Source of the DNA: Diplonema japonicum
Lineage: Eukaryota > Protista > Euglenozoa: Diplonemea
Reading direction: 5' to 3'
DNA length: 64,000 nucleotides
NCBI GenBank assembly: GCA_964019335.1
Contig: OZ025664.1
Span: forward strand, 558,001 to 622,000
In this document: one piece after another, positions 22,681-35,462 of the stretch
Numbering within the stretch: the stretch's first letter is position 1
Layout: each line of letters starts with the position of its first letter
Program-made: the position numbers and the translations under genes
The notes under the pieces: generated by a model
Told to the model about the DNA's origin: nothing
Database searches by the model: none
The model's input: the letters and a program-made list of their open reading frames with translations, nothing else

Positions 22681-23260
22681 ATGTCAGGGCGCCGTGCGGT
22701 AGCGGTTGATGTGCAGGCATCGGCGATCAGATTGGAGCCGCAGGACAACGAAGGGAGGAGCTCTTTGTACTACAACTTCAACGACGGTGGTCTGGAGTCG
22801 ATGGTGCAGGGGTACAGGAGCGCGCTCCTGAAGCACGAGGATTACAACGCGCTGTGCCAGTGTGAGACCCTTCAAGACGTTAAGATGTACCTCCAAACTA
22901 ACACCAGCTACGGTGACCCGCCCTTCCTGCAGGACGTCGCGACGCTTGACGCCACCGTCATCAAAGAAAAGGCTCACGACATGCTTGTGAAAGAGTTCAA
23001 CGAGCTCAGGGAGTGGTCGGACCCCCCTCTCTCCACCTTCCTCGACTTCATCACCTACGACTACATGGTATGAATAGTCAAAATGCTGCTACCTATGCAA
23101 CAACAAACAGATCACGAACGTCCTCAAGCTCATCCAGGGCGCCAGGAACAACAGGGATACACTTGACCTCATCACCAGGATGCACCCCCTCGGGAAGTTC
23201 GAGGGTATGGGTGCCATCATGGCCGACTGCTCCACCATCGATGGTATGTGAAGGGAGGGA

Positions 23261-23336
<76 letters not shown>

Positions 23337-24135
23337 AGCCATCTACGACACCATGACCATCTTGGAACTTCCCATCATGAAGTTCTTCCAGCAGGAGTCT
23401 GACAGGGTCGAGTTCGAATCTGACCAGAGCTCGGTATTTTTAAGAGGAAAAAACCCCCCCCCCCCCTTGCAGATGGAGTACGTGCACGCTGTGTTCAAAA
23501 AGCAGTACCTTGAGGCGTTCTACAACCTCTGCCAGGACATCGGGGGCACCACGTGGGAGACGATGAAGGAAATCCTCGAGTTCGAGGCAGACAGGACGGT
23601 GATCGGGCTCACAAGGAACTGCTTCGGGAACAAAGACATCAAGGTGTGTTTGATTTTTTTTTTTTAATCTACAATTTTTAAAATGACAACACAGCCGGGT
23701 CTTGACAGGTCGAGGCTCTTCCCTAACTTCGGTACGCTGGTGGACTGGCACGGACGTATTGCTGACTGCGACGACGATGAATCGCTGAGGGCGATTCTTG
23801 GTGACGAAAAAGGTGGACTGCACCATTGGAGGAATCTGGTTACTGGCGGTGGTGGCGGTCTTGGTGAGAGCTCGTCCTCTGCTAGTGCAATGGAGAACAA
23901 GTTCACGGACATGTCGATCGAGCTTAACAGATGTAGCATGTCCAGGTCATTCCACTACGGTGTCTTCTACTCGTGGCTCAAGGTTTGTAGTCGAATGGGG
24001 AAAAAAAAAAAAAAAAAAAAAAAAAAACAGCTTCGCGAACAAGAGCTGTCTAACCTGTTCTGGATCTGTGCGTGTATCGAGATGAAGACCCGTGACCGTA
24101 TCCGTGAGTTTTCCGAGATTTTCCCGTCGAATTGA
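22681..24135 (+). CDS. VMA6: V-type ATPase V0 subunit d (introns 23068-23110, 23244-23338, 23434-23472, 23644-23694, 23983-24030)
   Basis: DYNALCQCETLQD, PLSTFLDFITYDYMI.N, HPLG.F, K.YLEAFY, ILEFEADR, FHYGVFYSWLKLREQE..N..WI. Confidence 0.95.
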
Positions 24136-24144
24136 TTTCCCCCA

Positions 24145-24187
<43 letters not shown>

Positions 24188-24284
24188 CCATTCATTCTTT
24201 CCCTTTGTGTTTTTTTTTTTGCCCCCCTTCCCGTTACCTTTCGCCTTCTTAAGAACAAAAAAGAAAAGAGAGAGAGAAAAAAAG

Positions 24285-24317
<33 letters not shown>

Positions 24318-25063
24318 TATGTGATTTTGCGCGCAGTACCGTGTGCACATAAGATACTAAGTATACTGAACTCTTATTATTATTTTTTTTTTTTTTTTGC
24401 TTCATTGCCATTCCGAGAAGAGTCAAAAAGTTTTGCTTAAAAAAAGAAAAAGAAGAAAAAGAAAAAAAAGAAGGTGAAAGAGCGGGCGAATGAATTACGT
24501 GTGTGTAGTGGGTCAGTCCGGGGCTTTTGAGGGGTGAGAAGGGGGGAAAGAAAGAAAGGAAAAAGACGCCAGTAGTTACCATTTTTTTTTTTTTTATGTT
24601 TTGCTCAATTACATTTTTTGCCCTAGGGGGGAGAGAAGAGTGCTGTTTTTTTTTTTGTTTTTCATCTTTTTTTGCTTTCTCTCTCCGGTACTTTCATTGT
24701 TTCTTTTATTATGCTTCCCCCCCCCTTTTTTTTTACCTTCTTTCCGTTCCTTTTCTTTCCCCCTGCTTTTTTTTTTCCCCGATATTTTTTTATTTTTTTT
24801 AAGTCTCGGTTTCTTCCCCCTCAAAAAAAATAAAGTAAAAGGGAAGGAAAAAAAAAAAAAAAAGAAAGGGGAAAAAAGAAAATAGTGTTGTTGACATTCT
24901 ACGTTCCACCATTTCCCCTCAAAAAAGATTTTTTTTTTAATTTTTTTCCATGTGTTTTGTACCACCTCCCCCGGTCCGTTTCTAATAAATTAAAAAAAGA
25001 AAAAAGGAAGTTGGTGGAGGTGGGGAGTTGAAGGGGTGGGGGGGGAACATAATAACATAAGAA

Positions 25064-27027
25064 ATGGCGTTTTCCCAGAGAAGTTCTTTGGCCTCTTCCC
25101 CTCGATCATCACCGAAGTCCTTAACCGCCAGCCCGTCAACCCGGTTCATGTCTGTTGCTGACATGCTGAACATCAGCAGGGGCATGAAGCGCAAGGTGCC
25201 CAACGAGAAAAGAAAAGACCGAAAAAAAAACCTGGTATTAAAGACTAACTTGGTAAAATCAATGGCGAAAAGACTGTCGAACATCGAACACGTGATGCAC
25301 AAGCTGGAGAGAAAATACCTTCGCCGCGACAAGGGGCCGTTCAGAGTGCGCACTGCTTCTGTGGATGAGAATGAAAAAAGGTTAGATGGGAAACCCGTCT
25401 TTGATGAGTTGGACAGCCCCCGTCACGATTCCTACATGCGTGCATCTATCATCATCAAGAGACGCAATGAGCTTGCAGAACCAGAGGACGGGGCTGCCAC
25501 TTCTGTCCTCCTCCCCGACTCTCATTTCCGGTTTGCACACGACATCATAGCTCTGCTCGTGACGCTTGGGGATATTTTCTTTCCCGGGTATATTATCGCA
25601 GTGCGCCTCCCCGACACAGAGCCGGGTATGTTTGAGGTGATCTACTTCATCTTTTCCACGTTTTGCCACTTGATCTTCGTGTACCTCTCCTTCCGCACCG
25701 CCTATCTCCAGGGCTGGGAGCTCATCGGCGACGAAGCTGACGAGGTGTCCCACGTTGCTCGCAATTATCTACACGGTTGGTTCAAGTATGAATTCTTTTT
25801 ATAGAAGAAGAAAAAAAAAAAAAACAAAAAAAAAGAATCGACGTCCTCACGCTGATCCCCATCGACGTCATAATCCTGCCCCTCTCCGTCACGGGTTTTA
25901 ACGTTATGTGCATTCTCCGTTTCACGCGGGCCACCAAGGTTCACCGTCTCTTTCAGCTCTCCGATCCGCTCAAGGAAAAGTCCCCCCGTGTGACCCTAAC
26001 CCAGTTTATGTTCCTCTGGATTGTTTCTGTGCACTTTCTCAGTTGCATCTGGATTTTCCTTGGAGGGGATCCCGACAAGGAAAAGTACAACGAGACCAGG
26101 CAGTACGTGCGCGCGTTGTACTTTATAATCACCACGATGACGACAGTAGGGTACGGGGACATCGTGCCGGACTCCATCAGCGGTACGATATTTACCTGCG
26201 TCGTGATGGTGGTGGGGGCGGGGATGTATGCCAGTGCCTTGTCTGCCTTGGGCGCGGTGCTGAGCTCCATGGACTTGCTGGAGAAGGAATCGAAGGACAG
26301 GCGACAGTGCTTGTCTGCCTTCATGACAAAGTACGATGTACCTCTACAGTTGCGAAGGGAGGCGCATGCCTTGTACCCTGCCTTGATCGAGAGACATGTG
26401 TACGACCCAGTTAGGGTGACGGACGGGTTGCCGCCATGGTTTGCAGCAAGGCTTGTGTGTGTTTTAAGAGTGCACCTTCTGAGAAAAATATCCTTTTTAA
26501 AGGATCTAGAAGAAGACATTCTTTTGCTGGTTGCTGACAACCTGGAGATGCGGACCATCGATGCAGGGACCACTGTGGTGGAGCACGCCACAAACGGAAC
26601 GGAAATGTTCCTCATATCGAGGGGTGTGTGTGATGTCTTTATACCAAAGGCTGATATTTCCATGAAGTGGGTTGCAAAGCTGCGGGAAGGTCAGGTCTTT
26701 GGGGAGCTTGGTCTGCTTGAGGCATGTAGACGGACGGCCTCTGTGCGGACTGCCACTGCATGCGAGCTTTTCATCTTGACTCAATTAGTTTTCGACAAAA
26801 TAGCTAGCGAGTATCCGGTCTTAAGGGAAGCCCTTGTCAGCGAGAGGGACGCCAGGCAGCAGGTAGTTCCTGGCGGTGAAGTGGTCGAGAACATCCTGGA
26901 CCCTCCTTCCAGTAGGCAGGGGCAGGACTTCTCAGGCTCCTACACTGGCGATTTGGACAAGACGCGGTCGGCAAACTTTGATAATTTAGGTGTTTATATA
27001 CCCAACGAGAGTGAGGAGACTGAGTAA
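25064..27027 (+). CDS. Cyclic-nucleotide-gated / KCNH-like 6-TM potassium channel (exons 25064-25785, 25836-27027)
   Basis: Pore signature TTMTTVGYGD, S2-S3 motif YL.GWF.ID...IP.D spanning the intron, and a CNBD with FGELGLL...RRTASVR. Confidence 0.92.
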
Positions 27028-27435
27028 GCATGGGGCCATACAGTTTTTTTTTTTTTTTCTTCCTTTTTCTAAAGAAGTTTACCCACCCCCGCAGCCTTGT
27101 TTGATTGTTTCCACAATCGCTTTACTTTAAGACTCCCCAAGGTAGATGAAGATCGCTTCACTTCTTTTTAAAAAGAATTTGCAGGCAATGCTCAAATAAG
27201 TTTTATTTCTTCTCTCTTTTTTTTTTTTAAAGGCTCTGGGTTAGAGACGAACAACAGAGGTGAGTGAAGTTCACCGCAAGAGGCTGCCCTCAGAGTGGGG
27301 GTTGGCCATCTTCTTTTCGAGATTCTTTTGAGTATTTTTACCCCTTCCATTTTCTCCCCCCCCCCCCCCGCGCTTTATCTATTCCCAGGTGGAGAGGGGA
27401 AGGGAAAAAAAAAAAAAAAAAAACATAAAAAAGAA

Positions 27436-28179
27436 ATGCTGCGGCGAACCGCTATTGCGGGTTTCAAACAGACGCAGGCGTTGCAGCACTACGACACGGA
27501 CCAGCTGTACGGGAGGAATTATGATCCTATCGCGCCTGCAGCGAACTGGAAGAGAGGACAGGAGAACATGAGAAGGAGGAAGATCCATGGATGGAAGCCA
27601 TATAACAACCAGTACGGCCACAGATGGCTGTACAGAGGAGGCGAAATGTGGAGGGTCGTCGACGCAAGAGGCATGGAGATGGAAGGACTGGCAGAGATGA
27701 TCACGCTTTACCTTCAAGGCCGGCACAGGCCAGACTGGAAACGTGAGATGGACATGGGTGACCAGATAATTATACTGAACGCACGACACATTACAATGGA
27801 CGACAATGAGGGGACGCCCCTCCCGTGGAGAATGAAGCCCTACGCCTACAAGACAGGGTACCCCAAGGCTTGGGGTCTTCAGCTTCGTCGTGCCGACGAG
27901 GAGTACCTCATCGACCCCTGCCGGCCACTCTGGCTTGCCATATATGAACGCCTTCCCAGAATGCACCCTGTCAACCGTGCTAAGAAGCGATCATACCTCC
28001 ACCTCCGCTACTGGATAGAAAAGGTCCACATATTCGCTGACGAAGAACACCCCTTCAAAGACAAGGACCCCATTCCACTTGAATTCCCCATCGCCGCCAC
28101 CGGTACAGAGGAGTACACAGACTCCATCACCATGTCCAACATCCAAAGGAGGAAGAAGCCTCAAGGTTGGAAGTACTAG
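27436..28179 (+). CDS. MRPL13: Mitochondrial ribosomal protein uL13m
   Basis: WRVVDA...LA..I...LQGRHRP.W....DMGD.IIILNA and HIFA.EEHP match L13. MLRR presequence. Confidence 0.85.
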   Translation: MLRRTAIAGFKQTQALQHYDTDQLYGRNYDPIAPAANWKRGQENMRRRKIHGWKPYNNQYGHRWLYRGGEMWRVVDARGMEMEGLAEMITLYLQGRHRPDWKREMDMGDQIIILNARHITMDDNEGTPLPWRMKPYAYKTGYPKAWGLQLRRADEEYLIDPCRPLWLAIYERLPRMHPVNRAKKRSYLHLRYWIEKVHIFADEEHPFKDKDPIPLEFPIAATGTEEYTDSITMSNIQRRKKPQGWKY

Positions 28180-28333
28180 GAAAGGAAACGGGGGGGGGGG
28201 GGGGGAAGAAAAGAAACGCATCAGTTTTTCTATTTTTTTTTTATTTTGTTCCACTGAAAGTGTATTTAAAGAAAAAAAAAAAAACATCCATAGTGTTATT
28301 TCTTTTTTTTTTGTTTTTGAGAAAAACAACGTA

Positions 28334-28673
28334 CACGGTAACCAAATAGCCCCAACTTTTCCCCCCCAAGTCTGTAAGCAGAATTTCCACCACGGTTTAC
28401 GGTAACCCACAACTTTTTTCCGGTGTCTCGGAAAGGTCGTCCAGAAGGAGTTCCCGGAGTTCCTTCACTTTTGCTCTGTGTAGAAACTAAAAAAAGGTCG
28501 GGGGGCACTCAGAAGGGCAAAGCTCTGCCTAAGTACCTTTCGCCTGAGCCCTTGGTGCACTGGGGGTTTTGTGTGTACGCTATGACATCTTGTTTTTTTT
28601 TTTTCTCCCCTTGCTACATTTCATGCTAAACCCCCATGAAACACAAAAATGTATAATGTATTTGGTTACCGTG
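28334..28673. mobile_element. Non-autonomous TIR element (MITE), Tc1/mariner-like
   Basis: Perfect 15-bp TIRs CACGGTAACCAAATA (28334-28348) and TATTTGGTTACCGTG (28659-28673), flanked by TA on both sides. No transposase ORF. Confidence 0.8.
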
Positions 28674-28776
28674 TACTATGTTTTTCTCTTTTGTTTTTTC
28701 TCTTTTTTTTTTTTCTTTTTTTTGTTTGTCAACCCTAGTTTTTCTTTTCTTTAAAGGTGCGGGTTGGGAACACACA

Positions 28777-29868
28777 ATGTACGGACGCCATGACCGTGCT
28801 AAAATGGACATCTTGGTGACCAGCAGGAATCGTGCTGTGCCATGCACCGAGTGGTCAAAGACAACGAACAGGACAGCTCCGATCATAGGCTCTGGAGGGA
28901 CAACGAATAGCGGCATACCGCTAGATGTGCAGCACGTGGAGCGGCACCGTCCGTGCGTTGCATTTCAAAAGCAGCTCCCACGGGAGCCCGTTCGAGGAAC
29001 GTCAGCGTCCCACGTGGACGACGATTTCAGGTACAACATGGATGCTGTGTCTACGCATCCTAGAAGCACGGTTTGCGGTATTGATATGAGGAGAAGCAAA
29101 GGCCGTAATGGTGGTGATCAGTTGGGATCCGTGTCACCCTCCCCTGTGAAGGGTGACACGTCAGCATCGGTGTCGGCAGCGTCCCCTTCACCACCGGAGT
29201 CTCCCAAACCTAAAAGGAAACAACGTATCTACATGAAGTACTCGTACGATGCAGGGCTTGCCACCGTGCGTCCTGCGTCACGCTGCGTCAACATGGCCAA
29301 CATGCTTGGCAGGAAACACAAGACACAGCAAGACACAAAAAGAGTCCCCGATCTGAATTACAGTGCCTCCTCGAAATGGAAGCGAGCAGTTGGAGGGGAC
29401 TTCAGCAAAGCGCAGGGCAGGTGTCTCGATGTAAAAAAGGTTCAGACTGAGCACGACATCAAATGGGCTGGTGTCGACAAGCACGTTAAAGGAGTCCGGT
29501 TCACCGCGAACAAAAGACCAGTCAGCTCCAGCTGGTACCTCGACCACGGCCCCATTGCGCCATTGTGCACACGATGGAATGGGGTGAACCTCCAAGCATG
29601 GCACGATCAGGCGCACCAGGCTGTAAAGTCTAGGCCGCCGTCTGTCGCAGCACCAAGATCTATAGGAATGGAAACCGACTCTGTAATCAGGTCGGCCGGA
29701 GCACAGCTGAACATGATCCGTAACACGCTGCAGCGCCACACAAAAGAAGGCGAGCGTAAAAAGAAGGAACGTCTTACTACTTACCAGGCAGACTCGAGAA
29801 TATCCAACAGAGAGCTGTCACCGGTGTTCGCGATGTCGTACCAGACACCAGCTGCCACCGCACCTTAG
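28777..29868 (+). CDS. Basic hypothetical protein with degenerate short repeats
   Basis: 363-aa ATG ORF following a T-rich tract and AG. Recurrent hydrophobic-x-K/R-xxx-R motifs. Confidence 0.65.
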   Translation: MYGRHDRAKMDILVTSRNRAVPCTEWSKTTNRTAPIIGSGGTTNSGIPLDVQHVERHRPCVAFQKQLPREPVRGTSASHVDDDFRYNMDAVSTHPRSTVCGIDMRRSKGRNGGDQLGSVSPSPVKGDTSASVSAASPSPPESPKPKRKQRIYMKYSYDAGLATVRPASRCVNMANMLGRKHKTQQDTKRVPDLNYSASSKWKRAVGGDFSKAQGRCLDVKKVQTEHDIKWAGVDKHVKGVRFTANKRPVSSSWYLDHGPIAPLCTRWNGVNLQAWHDQAHQAVKSRPPSVAAPRSIGMETDSVIRSAGAQLNMIRNTLQRHTKEGERKKKERLTTYQADSRISNRELSPVFAMSYQTPAATAP

Positions 29869-29946
29869 CTGGCACACTTTAGTTGTATTCATTTACATAT
29901 GTTCTCACCTATCACGTCGTCACCACACACAGGCACAGGCAGCAAC

Positions 29947-32900
29947 ATGAGTATAAAGAAAATAAGCATCCTGGGTGTGGAGAGCATCTACATTGGATGC
30001 GGCATCCTTTCCCAATGCGGAAAGATTGCGCATGAGGGCTGCAAGGCTGTCAAGTACGTTGTGATTAGTGACGAAAACGTTGCCCCGTTGTACCTTGACA
30101 GAGTGCTGGATAGTTTCGAGGAGGCGACAGGTTCGAGGCCTATTTATAAGATCCTGGCACCTGGTGAGCAAGCAAAATGCAGAAGCGTGAAGGCTGAGAT
30201 CGAGGACTGGATGCTGACGAATAGATGCGGCCGTGACTGCACAGTGGTGGCGCTTGGCGGTGGTGTGATTGGTGACTTATCGGGTTATGTAGCAGCCACG
30301 TTCATGAGGGGTGTGAAGGTGGTGCAAATTCCCACCACACTGCTTGCCATGGTGGACTCCTCTGTGGGGGGGAAAACCGGCATCGACACCCCAACCGGGA
30401 AGAATCTTGTGGGTGCCTTCCACCATCCCGTCAGGATCATCATGGACCTGGAGGTCCTGAAGACCCTCCCCGACAGGCAGCTCTCCAACGGAATGGCAGA
30501 GGTGGTCAAAACAGCACTGCTGTGGGATGCCTCGAGGTTCACCGAGCTTGAAGAGCATGTCGACGAGGTGCTGGCTAAGGACCCCAAGTGGCTGCAGTCC
30601 ATCGTGGAAGGCAGTGCAGGCATCAAAGCTGAGGTTGTGACAAAGGACGAAAAAGAAGGTGGGCTCAGGACTCTCCTAAACGTCGGGCACAGCGTGGGAC
30701 ACGCGGTAGAAGCCTTCCTGCAGCCTGACATGCTGCACGGCGAGGCCGTGGCCATTGGGACCGTCAAGGAAGCGCAAATCTCACGTAGACTCGGGTACAT
30801 CACGGAGGCTGAGGTTGGGAGAATCACGCGCTGCCTTCAGGCATACAAGCTTCCTGTGTCAATCCCCACGTCCCTTACGCTGGAAGGTCTGATGATGAAG
30901 ATGGAAGTCGACAAGAAGAACAAGGCAGGCAGGAAGTATCTGTCGCTGCTCGAAAGGATTGGCAAGTGCGTGAACAACAGGGCCATCCAGGTAGAGGACG
31001 ATGTCATCAGGTCGACGCTGGCGCACGCCGTCGAGATCCAGCCCATGGAAGAGTGCAAGGAGGTGGAGCTGAGCGTGCCGGGGTCCAAGTCGCTTTCGAA
31101 CAGGGCACTGCTGATCGCAGCTCTTGGAAAGGGGAAATGTAAGGTCAAAGGGCTGCTTCACAGTGATGACACACAGGTCATGCTGAACGCTCTTTTGGCG
31201 ATGAAAGTATGCACTGTGGAATGGGCCGAAGACGACGCTCTGCTCCTTACTGGAAACGGAGGTTCCCTCACCACTCCCGACACTGAGATCTACTTGGGCA
31301 ACGCAGGGACAGCGTCACGCTTCCTCACAACAGCCGCCACAATGGCCAAGCCCGAGCCTGTGGTGCTGACTGGCAACCGTAGGATGAAGGAGCGGCCCAT
31401 CGCACCTTTGGTGGACTCCCTCAGGGAGAACGGTGTCACCATTGAGTACCAAAGAACGGAAGGGTGCTTGCCCATTAAGGTGAACAGCAACTCAGGCCTG
31501 CCAGGTGGGAAAATCGGTCTTTCTGCCAACCTGTCTTCTCAGTACGTCAGCTCCGTGCTGATATCGGGACCCTACGCTGAAAAGGAGCTGGAGCTGCACC
31601 TCACGGGAGGTGAAGTGGTGAGCCAGCCCTACATTGACATGACTATTAGCATCATGAAAGACTTCGGCGTGGACGTGCAGCGTGTGGCTGGGCAGGACAT
31701 CTACAAGATCCCCAAGAGCGGCTACGTCAACCCCGAAACTTACCAAGTGGAGGCCGATGCTTCTAGCTCCACCTACCCCCTGGCCATCCCTGCCATCGTG
31801 GGTAAGGGAAGTCTGAAGATTAACGGGATCGGTAGCTCCAGTGTGCAGGGTGATGCGCATTTTGCAGAGCTCTTGGAGAAGATGGGCTGCAAGATCTTAC
31901 AGGGGAGCAACGAGACGACTGTCTTTGCTGCGGAGCAGAGGCTGAAGGCGGTCGACGTCAACATGAGCGACATGACCGATGCCTTCATGACGGCCGCCGT
32001 TGTCATGGCACTGGCAGAAGGCACCTCCCGCATCACTGGTATTGCCAATCAGAGGGTGAAGGAGTGCAACAGGATCCTTGCCATGGTCACCGAGTTCGCA
32101 AAACTCGGCATTGTGGCGCGAGAGCTCCCCGACGGCCTGGAAATTGAGGGTACAAAACCCGATAAGCTGCAGCCTGCCTCTATCCACTGCTACAACGACC
32201 ACAGGATCGCCATGTCCTTTGCCATCCTCGGGCTGAAGGTGCCTGGTATCACTATTCTGGACACTGCTTGCGTTGAAAAAACCTACCCTGTATTCTGGGA
32301 TGACATTGTGAACAGGATCGGAGCCACGCTGATCCCTGCCGAGACTGCGATCGTCGAGCAGCACATCACTGCTGAGGAGACCATCGTTCTTGTGGGCATT
32401 AGGGGTGCAGGGAAGACGACCCTCGGCCAGCACTGCGCAGACCGCATGTCATGGACCTTCATCGACATGGATGACGTGTTCGAAGCGAAGGCGGGACCCA
32501 TCGCCAAGTACATCGAAGAGCACAACTGGGACGGCTTCCGTGCTAAGGAGGCGGCGTTACTGGAGGAGACGCTGAAGGAGAACTCTTTGAAGTGCATCAT
32601 CGCCACTGGCGGTGGTATTGTGGAGAGTGCCGAGGGGAGGAAGGCGTGCGTGGCGTCTAAGAAGGTCGTATTCATCCACAAGAGCCTGGAAGACACTCTG
32701 AAGGCACTAAAAGAATGCGGGAAGCCGGCTTGGGGCGAGGGCATTGAAGAGGTGTACAACAGGAGGCTGCCTAGGTTCAAGGCTGTGAGCCAGTACGAGC
32801 TGCCTGTAGACCCCAGCGGGGGTTGGGACGTGGTGTGCAGCGACATGCTGCGCCTGATGAAACACATCACATTGAACAGCAGCATCAAGGACGTGCGGTC

Positions 32901-34452
32901 GCTGAAGTCGTTCCTCTCGCTTACCTTCGATGACGTGACAAAGATCCTCCCAGTACTGAAGGAAGTGGAGGGCGGGGCTGATGCGTTGGAATTGCGTGTC
33001 GACCTCCTCAAGGACACCTCGGCAGGCTTTGTCTCGAAGCAGGTTGGGCTCCTCCGCAGACATTCTAAGCTTCCCATCATCTTCACTGTGAGGACCAAGG
33101 CACAGGGGGGCAAGTACCCCGACGGGGACCATCAAGGTGCGATGGATCTTCTGAAGTTGGCGGCCAGGCTGGGTGTCGAGATCATCGATGTGGAGATGAC
33201 GCTCAAAGCGGAGCAGAAAGAGGAGCTCCTGGAGGGCGTGAAGCCGTCGTTGGTGTTGATGTCGTACCATGACCCCGAGAGACGGCTCTCGTGGGACGGG
33301 CTGAAAATGAAGATCATCGAAGGCTCCTGCGGCGGTGCTGACATTGTGAAAATCGTGACCACCGCCACAGAGGTCGACGACTGTTCGCGCCTCAGGGCTG
33401 CTGTCCGTGAAGCGAACATCACACAGCCTGTGATCGCCCTCGCAATGGGTGGTCTGGGGAAGCTCTCAAGAGCTCTCAACGAGGTCATGACACCCATCAC
33501 ACACGCGTGCATGCCTGTGGCAGCTGCTCCAGGACAGCTTTCGATGGCGTCCATCAACACACTGCGTCGGTTGATCGGCGTGCTGCCTGACAGTAGGAAG
33601 TTCCATCTATTCGGGAAGCCGATCAGCGCGTCAAGAAGCCCTCTGATCCATAACACGGGGTTTGAGGTTCTGGGTCTGGCACCGGGCTGGGCGTACTCTG
33701 CGTACGAAACAGACGACATCGAGGCCGTTAAGGCTGTGGTGGGCGGGGAGGGGTTTGGAGGGGCCTCTGTCACAATACCATTGAAGGAAAAGGTCGGCGC
33801 ACTGTGCGGGAGGGTGAGCGAGGCGGCGAAGGAAATCGGTGCAGTGAACACGCTGACCATGGCAGAGGACGGGGTGCTGGAGGGAGACAACACGGACTGG
33901 AAGGCAATGAGGGACCTCATCGAGCAGAGGGTGACAACTGTTCCCACAGTAGGCCTTTGTGTGGGTGCAGGGGGGTCCGCACGGGCAGCTTGCTACGCTA
34001 TGAAGCAAGCAGGGGTCAAGACCCTCTACGTATGGAACAGGACTCATGAGAAGGCTGTTGCTCTGGCAGCAGACTTTGGTGGTGTGGCAGTCGAGTCCAG
34101 TGGCCTTGCTGCCCTGACGCCAAATGTCGTCATCTCCAACATACCAGGCACCGCACAGGAGTCCCTCCCCACACCCTGCTTCGCTCTCTCCTCTACTTCA
34201 ATCGTTATCGAAATGGCATACACCCCGCGTGTGACCACCATTCTCCAGAAGGCAGCTGATGTCTCAGCTTCTCGTGTTGAAGGCATTCAGGTGCTTATCG
34301 AGCAGGCCCTTTACCAGTTCAAGCGATGGACAGGTGTGTTTTTATTTTTATTTTTTTAGTTGTGGGGGGAAAAAAAAAAAACAAACAAAAAAAAAGGTTT
34401 GAACCCTCCCAGGGAGGCAATCACCAAAGCGGTCTATGCCACGCTTGATTAA
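29947..34452 (+). CDS. ARO1: Pentafunctional AROM polypeptide: DHQ synthase, EPSP synthase, shikimate kinase, type I DHQase, shikimate dehydrogenase (exons 29947-34333, 34397-34452)
   Basis: GGGVIGD/PTTLLAMVDSSVGGKT, PGSKS.SNR/GNAGTASRF/RVKECNR/DHRIAM, GIRGAGKTT, ELRVD/SYHD/AAPGQ and SRSP.IHN/VTIPLK/GAVNT/NTD, in canonical order. Confidence 0.97.
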
Positions 34453-34969
34453 TTAAGCAAAGGGTGAACAGGGTGTTTTTTTTTTTTTTTTTTTTTTTTT
34501 TTTTGTGTCTGTATTGTTGTTGTTCTCCTGACCCATGGTCGTATTATGGGCGGATGGTTTCTGCTTTTTTTCTTTTTTTTTTTCTCTCTTTTTGTTTTGC
34601 GTGGCCCACAAGACGTAATAAGGTCGTGAGGTTTCTCTTTTTTTAGCTAACGAAAATTTTTTAACCCCCCCCCATTCCCTTCCAGTGATGTAATTTCTTT
34701 TTTTTTCCAATTTTATTTGTCGCAATACACACACGCTGCTCCAACAAAAAAAGGGGGAAGTACGAGAAAACACAAGAAAGATCCTTTTTACGTTTACCCC
34801 CCCCCCCCCCTTTGTCTGTCTCTGAGGGTAATTTAAAAAAAAAAAAGAAAAAAAAGAAGAAAACCAAAATAGCATTATTGCACCATTTCTCTCTCATTCC
34901 CCCAAAAAACCATTTTCCCCTCATATCCGAAGGACTTGTCCCTTTTTTTTTTTGTTTCCCAAAACAATA

Positions 34970-35021
<52 letters not shown>

Positions 35022-35462
35022 CCAACTAGACGAGATGCGCGTGTGTGTGTTGTATTTTTATATTTTTCTCTTTCTTTTTTGCGTCTAGGAAACGGCGCTT
35101 GCAGCCCAAGCCCAACTGGAAACGCGTGCTCAGCAGCACATGAGGTTCTCGTCGATGGCTCCATGGCAGGGCCAATGATGACGCACGTCAGGGAAAAGCT
35201 GCTGCACCACGTCCTGCAGTTGGACCTGATGAGGTGCCGGTTGCAGTGGTTGGTATCAAGAGTAGGGGTGGTCCTCAAGTGGGATTTACCCGTAAACATC
35301 GCACCCCCCCCCCCCCCCCCCCCCATGTTCCATTACCGTTACCGCAGTTTTTTTTTTGTTTGTTATTTTTTTTTTTTTTTCCTGTTTTAAAAAATAAAAA
35401 AAGAAATTCTAAAAAAACGGGAAAAAAGGCGGTGGAGGTGGAGGGAGGGAGAAGGGGGGCAA

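Noticed and set aside
23947-24965. Many F-rich or K-rich ORFs on both strands in spacers (also ~2.4, 19, 34.5, 37.2, 48.5, 53-55, 57.2 and 62 kb)
   Set aside because: They are translations of T and A homopolymer tracts, not genes.
35226-35262. CTGATGAG followed by a stem, resembling a hammerhead ribozyme core
   Set aside because: The required GAAA after stem II is absent (CAAGA), and stems I/III cannot be formed convincingly.
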